From NCBI GenBank assembly GCA_002104905.1, contig MCFE01000077.1, positions 62,001 through 126,000 of the forward strand: a stretch of DNA of 64,000 nucleotides, given 5' to 3'. The DNA is from Basidiobolus meristosporus CBS 931.73. Taxonomy: Eukaryota > Fungi > Basidiobolomycota. Below are positions 26,990-38,142 of the stretch, piece after piece. The first letter of the stretch is position 1. Every line of letters starts with the position of its first letter. The translations under genes were made by a program, and so were the position numbers. The notes beneath the pieces were generated by a model that saw only the letters and a list, made by a program, of their open reading frames with translations, searched no databases and was not told the DNA's origin.

Positions 26990-28976
26990 CCCTTAGCTGA
27001 GTTCAGTGTGATGCCACTTGGTGATGCAACTTGGCCTGCTCCAATGGACTTGTATATAAATGAGCAGTTTGGCAAGTTCTGGTGGTCTTGCTCTAAAGTG
27101 CACATGCTGACCTGACATATGTTGACTCAATGCAGGGGTGTTCTTGTCCAGGGTGTTGGCATAGTTTGAACTGGCATTTGTCAGCACACTGAAGTTGCAA
27201 GGGATAGTAAGGAATCCAGCAAGACATGCTGGTGCCATCCCAATGCTGTTGTTTGTGGGCTGTATTCATCCTCTTGAAGTTCACCTTTGGATTCCCCAGG
27301 GTACTCACTTACCCTCTGTCTGACACTTTGGAACTGCTGCCTGGATGAGTCTTGTGTATATTGCTCTTGGAAGCCACTTAGCTCTACTATTATATCATGT
27401 AGTACATTAGTCATTTCAGGCTAAAACTCATTGAAATGTCTTTGGTTCCCAAAGTTGAGGCACAAATGGATGTGTCCAGGCCATACTGAACATATTGCAT
27501 GCAAAATTGTTCCCATGCAGCTTCCTCACCAAATCCCCTCACTCTTGCTTATTCTTGATTTCAACACTTGTCTTGTTGTATATCTTCTTACATACATCCA
27601 CTGGCATCTTAATGTAAAGCTCATGCCACAGCTTTCTACTCAGGTTCTTCTATCTCTGTCAACTCTCTGGGGTATCTAGTTCTGCTATATTAATGAGTAG
27701 TGCCCAAATATCTGTATGAAGGCTCATCATAGATACTTGGGTCATACTAAAATCATTTGGTAAGAACTCAAATGGAACCAGCATCAATTTCTCCAATCCA
27801 GACCATGCTTTTGGGCTGGGGATAGGTTTTTTGTGGGTTGTACTCAAGATGAGTTGAGACTTGGTATAGGGACCATAGTGACAAATTTGGATACTTTTAC
27901 AGTAGTGTATTGGGATCAACTTGGTCTTATATGATATATATATGAGAAGCAATGTGATTGTTGAATTTTCCATATATTATATATGATGCATCTTGGATTG
28001 CCTTGACACAGATTGCATCACATCAGTTGCAGATCTCCTATTTGATTATAGACTTGTGACTAAAGCATCAATAAAAATACTAAGTCATTGTTTGAGGATG
28101 ATTTTTGCAACAAAATGATGGGATACATGGCAATCAATGGAGATTTAATAACCGTGCATGGAAAATCAAACAAATAAAGCCAATTGCACTAAATCAATTC
28201 AGATCACCTTGGCTCAATCACCTATGAATTTTAATATGACTTACTCCTCTGAATGATCTTTTCTTGTCAATCCCATCACTCCCACTGGATTTCCTTTTGA
28301 CACACCAGAAGAGATCTATACCAAGTACTGTGGACCATATTCCCCAATCTTCTCAAGGAGACCCCTTGTTAAGCTTCTTGGCTATTACAAGAATTACTAT
28401 CCCACAAGGTTTCATCCCACCATCCAGGGCAACAAAAGTCCTAGAAGCTTTTATTTCCAGCTGACAGAATTGGAGAACCACCTTGCAGAGGGTATGAATG
28501 ACTTAGAGCAAGCTTGGAATACTAGATTCAGAAGCTCCAGTAAACTTCCACATCCCAGAGTGTTCAGCAACAGGCTCCATATCCGGACTCTTTTGAATAC
28601 TTTCCCAGTCAGGATTAACAGACCTTCTTGAGGGCAGAGGCACTTTTATTCTGGCAAGTACAAGGCACACAGTGTGAAGTTTCAAGCTCTGTCTGACTTT
28701 GAGGGTAACATCATCTGGTTTAGTGAGCCATTTGCTGGAAGTAAGCATGGCAATGCACCCTGGGTAGAGATTCATCCAGAAATCAGTAGAGGGGGGAAAT
28801 ATATGGCAGACTCAGCTTAGATGTGAGAGGATTGTCAGATTAGGATGCAATACTGCCAATGGGAAGCCAAGGAATGGTGTGCTTAGCAGGAAGCAGAAGC
28901 TCTGCAATGAGATATTTAATCATTTCAGAGTGAGAGTTGAGCATACACTTGGATATCTGAAGAGATTCAGCATATT
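26990..28976. mobile_element. PIF/Harbinger-like element: ORF-B (-, 26990-27980) and transposase (+, ~28250-28976), truncated by Copia DNA
   Basis: Collinear with 18560-20560. HFYSGKYKAH and KPRNGVLSRKQ...FRVRVEHTLGYLKRFSIL. Confidence 0.8.
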
Positions 28977-28978
28977 GG

Positions 28979-29070
28979 CTGGGTTAATCAAAACTAAGCA
29001 AAATTAGATCTAATTCACTCAGATTGGTGTGGAACTATGCAAAATTTGTCTGTAGGCAGGATCAAGTATT
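28979..29070 (+). pseudogene. Old Copia copy, piece 1 (integrase start)
   Basis: Matches 30971-31062 (IKTKxKLDLIHSD). Confidence 0.8.
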
Positions 29071-29200
29071 TGTTGTAAAAATTTGTATTTCCACCTAAAT
29101 ATTCCCCTAACTTAGTCACTTAGATCATTACCTTCATATCCTAGCAAATACTGACCAAATTCCTTGTTGGGATTTACTTAGAATGTTTTCACCAAAACAC
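29071..29200 (+). repeat. Partial Copia LTR (first 130 bp) in tandem with the 5' LTR of element A
   Basis: TGTTGTAAAAATTTG... repeated at 29201. Confidence 0.9.
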
Positions 29201-29549
29201 TATTGTAAAAATTTGTATTTCCACCTAAATATTCACCTAACTTAGTCACTTAGATCATCACCTTCAAATCCTAGATAATACTGACCAAATTCCTTGTTGG
29301 GATTTACTTAGAATATTTTCACCAAAATACCAGGTGCCCAGAACATGAAAATTCTCAAAGTTGTCCAAACAGCCCCAAACTTTGCACAGATGTTCTTGGG
29401 ACCTTCCTTAACCTATTCTATGTGTTTGTAATGCCAAGACCATGTAAAAGTATAAATACTACTTTTACGTACAATAAATCATTAAGTGAAAACCACATAA
29501 TCTACTTGTTCTCCCGATCACTTCCAATATCTCCAAGACTCTTACAACA

Positions 29550-29561
29550 GGTTATGAGCCC
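29550..29561 (+). promoter_or_regulatory. Primer-binding site complementary to the tRNA-iMet anticodon arm (half-tRNA priming), overlapping the gag ATG
   Basis: GGTTATGAGCCC directly after the LTR end CA. Same at 42114-42125 on the minus strand. Confidence 0.85.
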
Positions 29562-32500
29562 CAAGCTGTCACTCTCTGCAATTTCTACTACTGCTATTAC
29601 TGGAATTTTTCTCTCTGCAGAAAAGTTGGATAGATCTAACTACCAAGTGTGGAAGGTCAAGATGAAGATGCTGCTACAAGAAAGAGGCCTTTGGGATATT
29701 GTCATGGGAGAAGAAAGCCCTCCTAAAAATGTGGGAGAAGAAGCCTTAAAGTACCAGAAGAAAGAACAAAGTGCCTTTAAATGCATTTGCCTCAATGTCA
29801 AGGACAAATTGTTAATTCAATGCTCAAGAGCAAAAACAGCAAAGAATGCCTGGAAAGCATTAGAGGACACCTACCAGTCATGTTCAGCTGCCAAGAAAAT
29901 GTATCTGAGACAGAAATTCCTTACTACAAAGATGCTGCCAGGAGAAGAAATGAAAAATCTAATTAACAGAATTACCCTACCGGTAGATGAGATGGAATTT
30001 GTGGGCGTACCAACTACTGATGAGGATGTAATAGTTACCATCCTGAATAGCCTAACTGCCAAGTTTCAGGGCCTTGTATCAGCCCTAGAGTCCAGAACTG
30101 AAGATTTGACCTTAAATTACATATATGGAAGGCTCCTGGATGAAGAATTAAGAAAATCAAGCGCCAATAAGAAGGAAGAAGAAAATGCTTTAATAAGCAA
30201 TGATAACCAACAAAGGAGGTACCCAAGACCCTACAAAGGCAACAGCAACCTATCTTGCAACTACTGCAAAAGGAAAGGACACACATCAGACCAGTGTCTC
30301 AAAAAGAGAGATTATCAGCAAAAGAAGCCTGAATATGGAAATGCTGCAACAAATGAAGATAGACTATTCATTTCTGCACTAAATATGACCACAAACAAGG
30401 ATTCTCAGACATGGTATATTGACTCTGGAGCTTCTCAACACTTCACACCAAAAAGAACTTTTACCCAATATCAAGAAATTCCAATTAAGAAGGTTTTCAT
30501 GGGTGACAACAGAACACTTGATGCAGTGGGAGAAGGAACTATCCAAGTAAACCTAAGAGGCAGTGCAGAAAGCCATACACTGACCTTTAAAGAAGTACTC
30601 TATGTACCAGAAATAGCCAAGAACCTACTCTCTGTAAGCAAGGCCATAGCAGAAGGACTCAGTTTCAGTTTTGACAATTCTGGATGCAGGATCACTGATC
30701 AAAATGGTGCCCATATTGCTTTGGGCATCAGAGATCAGAATCTATACAAGTTGACTTATATTCCATCATATTTGGAAGCCATTATAAGTAACTTAAGTGA
30801 AGAAACACCAATGCTTTGGCACAGGAGATTTGGACACATCAATTTTGATTATTTGCGTAAAATGATCAAAGATCAGCTAATTTCTGGAGTGAAAATTGAT
30901 CCCCCAGCTAATTTGGAGCACTGTGAAGCCTGCATATATGGGAAACAAGCCAGACAACCGTTCAAGAGCTCTGGGTTAATTAAAACTAAGAAAAAATTAG
31001 ATCTAATTCACTCAGATCTGTGTGGACCTATGCAAAATTTATCCTTAGGCGGGATGAAGTATTTAATCACTTTTATTGATGATTATACAAGATACACATG
31101 GGTCTACTTCATGGAGAAGATGGAAGAAGCTCTGTCTAAGCTCAGGGAGTTTAAAGCCATGGTTGAGAGAGAAACTGGTGAAAAACCAAGAAAATATGCT
31201 CTGCAATGGTGGAGAATATACCTCAAAACTCTTCATCCACTTCTGCAAAATTCATGGGATAAAGCAAGAGACTACTGTACCATACTCCCCACAGCAAAAT
31301 GGAGTAGCAGAACAAGCTAACAGATCAATAATTGATATGGCAAGATCTATGATCCATGATCAAAAATTATCCTATGATTTTTGGGCGGAATCAGTTGCCA
31401 CTGCTGTATACCTTAAAAATAGGAGTTAGAACAGAATACTTCGTGATTCTACTCCATTTGAAGCATGGCATGGATACAGACCAAGTGCAGAACATCTAAG
31501 AATATTTGGGTGTACAGCGTATGCCAAAAAACTGGCCGGAAATCAGTCAAAATTTGAGCCAAAAAGTGTAAAATGCATATTTTTGGGCTACTGCAATGAG
31601 AGTAAGGCATACAGACTCTACAAAGCCAAAGAAAAGAAGCTGATCAAGTTCAGGGATGTGTTGTTTGATGAAAATTCAAAATTTTCACAAAAAATGACAT
31701 TAGATGATGACAAAAATCTGATCTCAAGTCCACCAATAGTCAGGATTGAATCAGAACAAAACAATGAAAATTTTTTCACTCCAGAGGACTCTACAACCAT
31801 GGTTCAGCCAGAATCAGTGCCCAGGAATATCCCAGAAGTGTTCATTCTAGTATCAAATGCCCAGAGATCCAATTGTACAAGAAATAGCCAAAATTACTAT
31901 ATCAATGAGGGTGCAAACTTAGCCTATGCCTATTCAGTCCATATTGATGAGCCCCAGACTGTAAAAGAGGCCCTAAATAGCCCTCAGACAAAGTTTTGGA
32001 GATCTGCAATGACTGAGGAATATCAGGCCCTGATGGAAAATCAAACTTGGGACTTAGTCAAATTACCAATCAACCAAAAATCAATTGGATGCAGATGGGT
32101 CTTCAAGACAAAATACAAGGCTGATGGTACAATTGAAAGATACAAAGCAAGACTTGTAGCCAAAGGACACTCTCAAACAAAAGGACTTGACTATACTGAG
32201 ACCTTTGCACCAGTAGCCAAGTTTAATTCCATCAGACTAATGTTGGCTATTGCAGCCAAATATAAGTTTTTTATTCATCAAATGGATGTAAAAACTGTAT
32301 TTTTGAATGGAGAACTTGATGAGGACATGTATATGGACCAGCCTGATGGGTTAGTTGACCAAGATAACCCTCATTTGGTCTGCAAGCTTAAAAAGTCACT
32401 ATATGGTCTCACACAATCACCAAGAGCCTGGAATTGCAAGATAGATTCTTATTTGGAATCTTTGAGTTTCAAAAGGAGTAATGCTGACTATAGTGTATAT

Positions 32501-33520
32501 TATAAGTCAGATAGAGCAAATCCAGCTCTATTAGCACTATATGTGGATGATCTTATTAAAGCCACCAATAACCTAGAAACATTGAAAGAGACTAAATCCA
32601 GCCTATCTAAGTAGTTCAAGATGTCCAATCTAGGAGAGCTTAGTTACTACTTGGGGATTAAGTTGTCCATAGACAGAAGTACCCAGACTATTACCCTAAG
32701 CCAATCCAAGTATATTCAAGATATACTAAAGAAATACAAAATGGAAGACTGTAAACCCGGCAGCTACCCCAATGGAGACAAACATTAACTTGGTCAAAAC
32801 TCAACCAAATCAAGAGAGCTTGGTGCCATCTGAAAGCCCTGACTTTCCTTATCAATCTATGGTCAGCAGTCTGATGTATATCATGCTTGGAACACGTCCA
32901 GACATCTCATATTCAGTGGGAGTTGTAAGCCAACATAGCAGAACTATGGATCTGATCATATTGCAGCAGTTAAGCAGATTTTTAGATACCTAAAAGGAAC
33001 TGCTGATATCTTCTTAAGATTCACTTATAAGAATTCTGAACAGGATCTTGTGGGATACTCTGATGCTGATTGGGGACAGAATTTAGAAGACAGAAGATCT
33101 ACCACAGGATACACCTTTCTTTACTGTAAAGGAGCAATTTCATGGAATTCAAGAAAGCAACCAACCGTAGCACTTTCTACCACAGAGGCAGAGTATATGG
33201 CAGCCTGTGAAGCTACAAAAGAAGCAATGTGGTTAAGAAAGCTCTTTACAGATTTAGGCCTATGTCAAAAAACACCTATTACTTTATTTCAAGATAATCA
33301 AGGATGTATACAATTAGGTAGAAATCCAACTTTTCATGCTAGAACCAAGCACATAGATATTAGATATCATTTCATACATGAAGCTATAGAGAATAACTTA
33401 GTTAGCTTAGTTTACTGTTCTTCAGATGAAATGATTGCAGACATATTTACCAAACCATTAGCTAGAGACAAGTTTGAATATCTTAGGTCAAAATTAGGAC
33501 TAGTCAGCATGAACATTTAG
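29554..33520 (+). pseudogene. Copia gag-pol of element A
   Basis: CNYCKRKGHTSDQC knuckle, WYIDSGASQH protease, WHRRFGH...C..C, LIHSDLCGP, ARLVAKG, HQMDVKT, YVDDL and GYSDADW...RRST. Frameshift near 31190, stops at 31427 and 32612, frameshift near 32760. Confidence 0.95.
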
Positions 33521-33880
33521 CTGAGTGGGAGTGTTGTAAGAATTTGTATTTCCACCTAAATATTCACCTAACTTAGTCACTTAGATCATCACCTGCAAAT
33601 CCTAGAGAATACTGACCAAATTCCTTGTCGCAATTTACTTAGAGTATTTTCACCAAAATACGAGGTACCCAGAACATGAAAATTCTCAAAGTTGTCCAAA
33701 CAGCCCCAAAGTTTGCACACATGTTCTTGGGACCTTCCTTAACCTATTCTACATGTTTGTAATGCCAAGGCCAGGTAAAAGTATAAATACTACTTTTACA
33801 ATCAATAAATCATTAAGTGAAAACCACATAATCTACTTGTTCCCCCAATCACTTTCAATATCTCCAAGACTCTTACAACA

Positions 33881-34998
33881 ATATAAAGCTAATAGAGCTG
33901 GATTTGGTCTATCTGGCTTATATTATATACAATAGTCAGCATTACTCCTTTTGAAACTCAAAGATTCCATATATGAATCTATCTTGCAATTCCAGGCAGT
34001 TGGTAATTGATTGAGACCATATAAAGATTTTTTTTAGCTTGCAGACCAAATGGGGGTCATCTTAGTCAACAAACCCATCAGGCTGATACATATTCATGTT
34101 CTGATCAAGTTCTCCACTCAAAAATGCAGTTTTTACATCCATTTGAGGTATAAAAAACTTATATTTGGGTGCAATAGCTAGTATCAATCTGATGGAATTA
34201 AACTTGGTTACCAGTGCAAAGGCCTCACTATAGTCAAGTCCTTTTGTTTATTAGTATCCTTTGGCCATAAGTCTTGCTTTGTATCTTTCAGTTGTACCAT
34301 CAGCCTTGCATTTTGTCTTAAAGACCCATCTGCATCCATTTGATTGTTGGTTGATTGGTAACTTGACTAAGTCCCAAGTTTGATTTTCCATCAGAGCCTG
34401 ATATTCCTCAGTCATTGCAGATCTCCAAGACTTTGTCTGAGGCTATTTAGGGCCTCTTTTAGAGTCTAGGGCTCATCAATATGGACTGCATAGGCATAGG
34501 CTAAGTTTGTACCCTCATTAATATAGTAATCCAGGCTATTACTTATCTGGTTGGCTCTTCCGGCATTTAATACTGGAATGACACTTCTGGGATGTTCCTG
34601 GGCACTGATTCAGGCTGAACCATGGTTGCAGGGTCCTCTGGAGTGACAAAGCTTTCATTGTTTTGCTCATATTCAATCCTGAGTATTGGTGGACTAGAGA
34701 TCAAATTTTGACAATACCTGATGTAATTTTTGGTGAAAACTTTGAGTTTTCATCAAGCAATACATCCCTGGACTTGAGCAGCTTTTTGCTTTGGTATTGT
34801 AAAGTTTGTATGCTTTACTCTAATTGCAGTAGCCCAAAAATATGCATTCTTCACTTTTGGCTCAAATCTTGATTGATATCTGGGCAGTTTCATGGAATAT
34901 GCTGTACCATATTCTTAGATGTTCTGCACTTGGTCTGTATCTATACCAAGATTCAAATGGAGTATAATCACACAGTATTCTGTTATAGCTCCTTTTTT
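33881..34998 (-). pseudogene. Old Copia copy, piece 2 (integrase end to RT ALY), inverted relative to pieces 1 and 3
   Basis: Reverse-complement homology to 31420-32540, heavily mutated. Confidence 0.88.
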
Positions 34999-37900
34999 TG
35001 TTGTAAGAGTCTTGGAGATATTGGGAGCAATTTGGAGAACAAATAGATTATGTGGTTTTCACTTAATGATTTATTGATTGTAAAAGTAGTATTTATACTT
35101 TTACCTGGTCTTGGCATAACAAACACATAGAATAGGTTAAGGAAGGTCCCAAGAACATGTGTGCAAAGTTTGGGGCTGTTTGAACTACTTATCAAATTTT
35201 CATGTTCTGGGTACCTGGTATTTTGGTGAAAATATTCTAAGTAAATCCCGACAAGGAATTTGGTCAGTATTCTCTAGGATTTGCAGGTGATGATCTAAGT
35301 GACTAAGTTAGGTGAATATTTAGGTGGAAATATGAATTTTTACAACACTCCCACTCAGCTAAATGTTCATACTGACTAGTCCTAATTTTGACCTAAGATA
35401 TTCAAACTTGTCTCTAGCTAATGGTTTGGTAAATGTGTCTGCAATCATTTCATCTGTAGGACAGTAAACTAAGCTAACTAAGTTATTCTCTATAGCTTCA
35501 TGTATGAAATGATGTCTAATATCTATGTGCTTGGTTCTAGCATGAAAAGTTGGATTTCTACCTAATTGTATACATCGTTGATTATCTTGAAATAAAGTAA
35601 TAGGCATTTTTTGACATAGGCCTAAATCTGTAAACAGCTTTCTTAACCATATTGCTTCTTTTGTAGCTTCACAGGCTACCATATACTCTGCCTCTGTGGT
35701 GGAAAGTGCTACAGTTGGTTGCTTTCTTGAATTCCATGATATTGCTCCTTTACAGTAAAGAAAGGTGTATCCTGTGGTGGATCTTCTGTCTTCTAAATTT
35801 TGTCCCCAATCAGCATCAGAGTATCCCACAAGATCCTGTTCAGAATTCTTATAAGTGTATCTTAAGCAGATATCAGCAGTTTCATTTAGGTATCTAAAAA
35901 TCCGCTTAACTGCTGCAATATGATCAGATCCATAGTTCTGATTATGTTGGCTGACAACTCCCACTGGATATAAGATATCTGGACGTGTTCCAAGCATGAT
36001 ATACATCAGACTGCCAACCATAGATTGATAAGGAAAGTCAGGGCTTTCAGATGGCACCAAGCTCTCTTGATTTGGTTGAGTTTTGACCAAGCTAAGGTTT
36101 GTCTCCATTGGGGTAGCTGCCGGTTTACAGTCTTCCATTTTGTACTTCTTTAGTATATCTTGAATATACTTGGATTGGCTTAGGGTGATAGTCTGGGTAC
36201 TTCTGTCTATGGAGAACTTAATCCCTAAGTAGTAACTAAGTTCTCCTAGATTGGACATCTTGAACTCCTTAGATAGGCTGGATTTAGTTTCTTCCAATGT
36301 TTCTAGGTTATTGGCGGCTATAATAAGATCATCCACATATAGAGCTAATAGAGCTGGATTTGCTCTATCTGGCTTATAGTATATACTATAGTCAGCATTA
36401 CTTCTTTTGAAACTCAAAGATTCCAAATAAGAATCTATCTTGCAATTCCAGGCTCTTGGTGATTGTTTGAGACCATATAGTGACTTTTTAAGCTTGCAGA
36501 CCAAATGAGGGTTATCTTGGTCAACAAACCCATCAGGCTGGTCCATATACACGTCCTCATCAAGTTCTCCATTCAAAAATGCAGTTTTTACATCCATTTG
36601 ATGAATAAAAAACTTATATTTGGCTGCAATAGCCAACATTAGTCTGATGGAATTAAACTTGGCTACTGGTGCAAAGGTCTCAGTATAGTCAAGTCCTTTT
36701 GTTTGAGAGTGTCCTTTGGCTACAAGTCTTGCTTTGTATCTTTCAATTGTACCATCAGCCTTGTATTTTGTCTTGAAGACCCATCTGCATCCAATTGATT
36801 TTTGGTTGATTGGTAATTTGACTAAGTCCCAAGTTTGATTTTCCATCAGGGCCTGATATTCCTCAGTCATTGCAGATCTCCAAAACTTTGTCTGAGGGCT
36901 ATTTAGGGCCTCTTTTACAGTCTGGGGCTCATCAATATGGACTGAATAGGCATAGGCTAAGTTTGTACCCTCATTGATATAGTAATTTGGGCTATTTCTT
37001 GTCCAATTGGATCTCTGGGTATTTGATACTAGAATGATCACTTCTGGGATATTGCTGGGCACTGATTCTGGCTGAACTATGGTGTAGAGTCTAAGTTGCT
37101 GTTGCCTTTGTAGGGTTTTGGGTACCTCCTTTGTTGGTTATCATTGCTTATTAAAGCATTTTCTTCTTCCTTCTTATTGGCGCTGGATTTTCTTAATTCT
37201 TCATCCAGGAGCATTCTATATACATAATTTAAGGTCAAATCTTCACTTCAGGATTCTAACGCTGATACAAGGCCCTGAAACATGTCTGTCAGGCTATTCA
37301 GGTTGGTAACTATCACATCTTCATCAGTTGTTGGTATGCCCACAAATTCCATCTCATCTACCGGAAGGGTAATTATGTTAATTAGATTTTTCATTTCTTC
37401 TCCAGGCAGCATCTTTGTAGTAAAGAGTTTTTGTCTCAGATACATTTTCTTAGCAGCTGAACATGACTGATAGGTGTCTTCTAATGCCTTCAGGCATTCT
37501 TTTCCATTTTTGCTCTTGAGCATTGAATTAGCAATTTGTCCTTGACATTGAGGCAAATGTAGTTAAAGGCACTTTGTTCTTTCTTCTGGTACTTTAAGGC
37601 TTCCTCCCCCACATTTTTAGGAAGGCATTCTTCTCCCATGACAATATTCCAAAGGCCTCTTTCTCGTAGCAGCATCTTCATCTTCACCTTCCACACTTGA
37701 TAGTTAGATCCATCCAACTTTTCCGCAGAGGGAAAAATTCCAGTAATAGCAGTAGTAGACATTGCAGAGAGTGATAGCTTGGGGCTTGTAACCTGTTGTA
37801 AGAGTCTTGGAGATATTGGAAGTGTTTGGGAGGACAAGTAGATTATGTGGTTTTCACTTATTGATTTATTGAATGTAAAAGTAGTATTTATACTTATATC

Positions 37901-38142
37901 TGGTCTAGGCATTACAAACACATAGAATGGGTTAAGGAAGGTCCCAAGAACATGTGTGCAAAGTTTGAGGCTGTTTGGACAAATTTGAGAATTTTCATGT
38001 TCTGGGTACCTGGTATTATGTTGAAAATATTCTAAGTAAATCCCAACAAGGAACTTGGTCAGTATTATCTAGGATTTGCAGGTGATGATCTAAGTGACTA
38101 AGTTAGGTGAATACTTAGGTGGAAATATGAATTTTTACAACA
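34999..38142 (-). mobile_element. Copia element B (3144 bp), lacking ~1.54 kb from the Zn knuckle through integrase
   Basis: LTRs at 34999-35347 and 37794-38142. Deletion junction near 37092. RT-RH ORF 35359-37062 is open (567 aa). Confidence 0.93.

Larger units (their letters stand above)
29201..33880 (+). mobile_element. Ty1/Copia element A (4680 bp), full length but defective
   Basis: 349-bp LTRs at 29201-29549 and 33532-33880. PBS GGTTATGAGCCC at 29550-29561 and PPT GAGTGGGAG before 33532. Domain order gag-PR-IN-RT-RH. Flanks do not form a TSD. Confidence 0.97.

Noticed and set aside
29422-29553. N-terminal extension of gag encoded by the LTR (ORF-track starts at 29422, 37921, 42322)
   Set aside because: These starts lie upstream of the LTR TATAAA (29451). 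The ATG within the PBS is the natural start.
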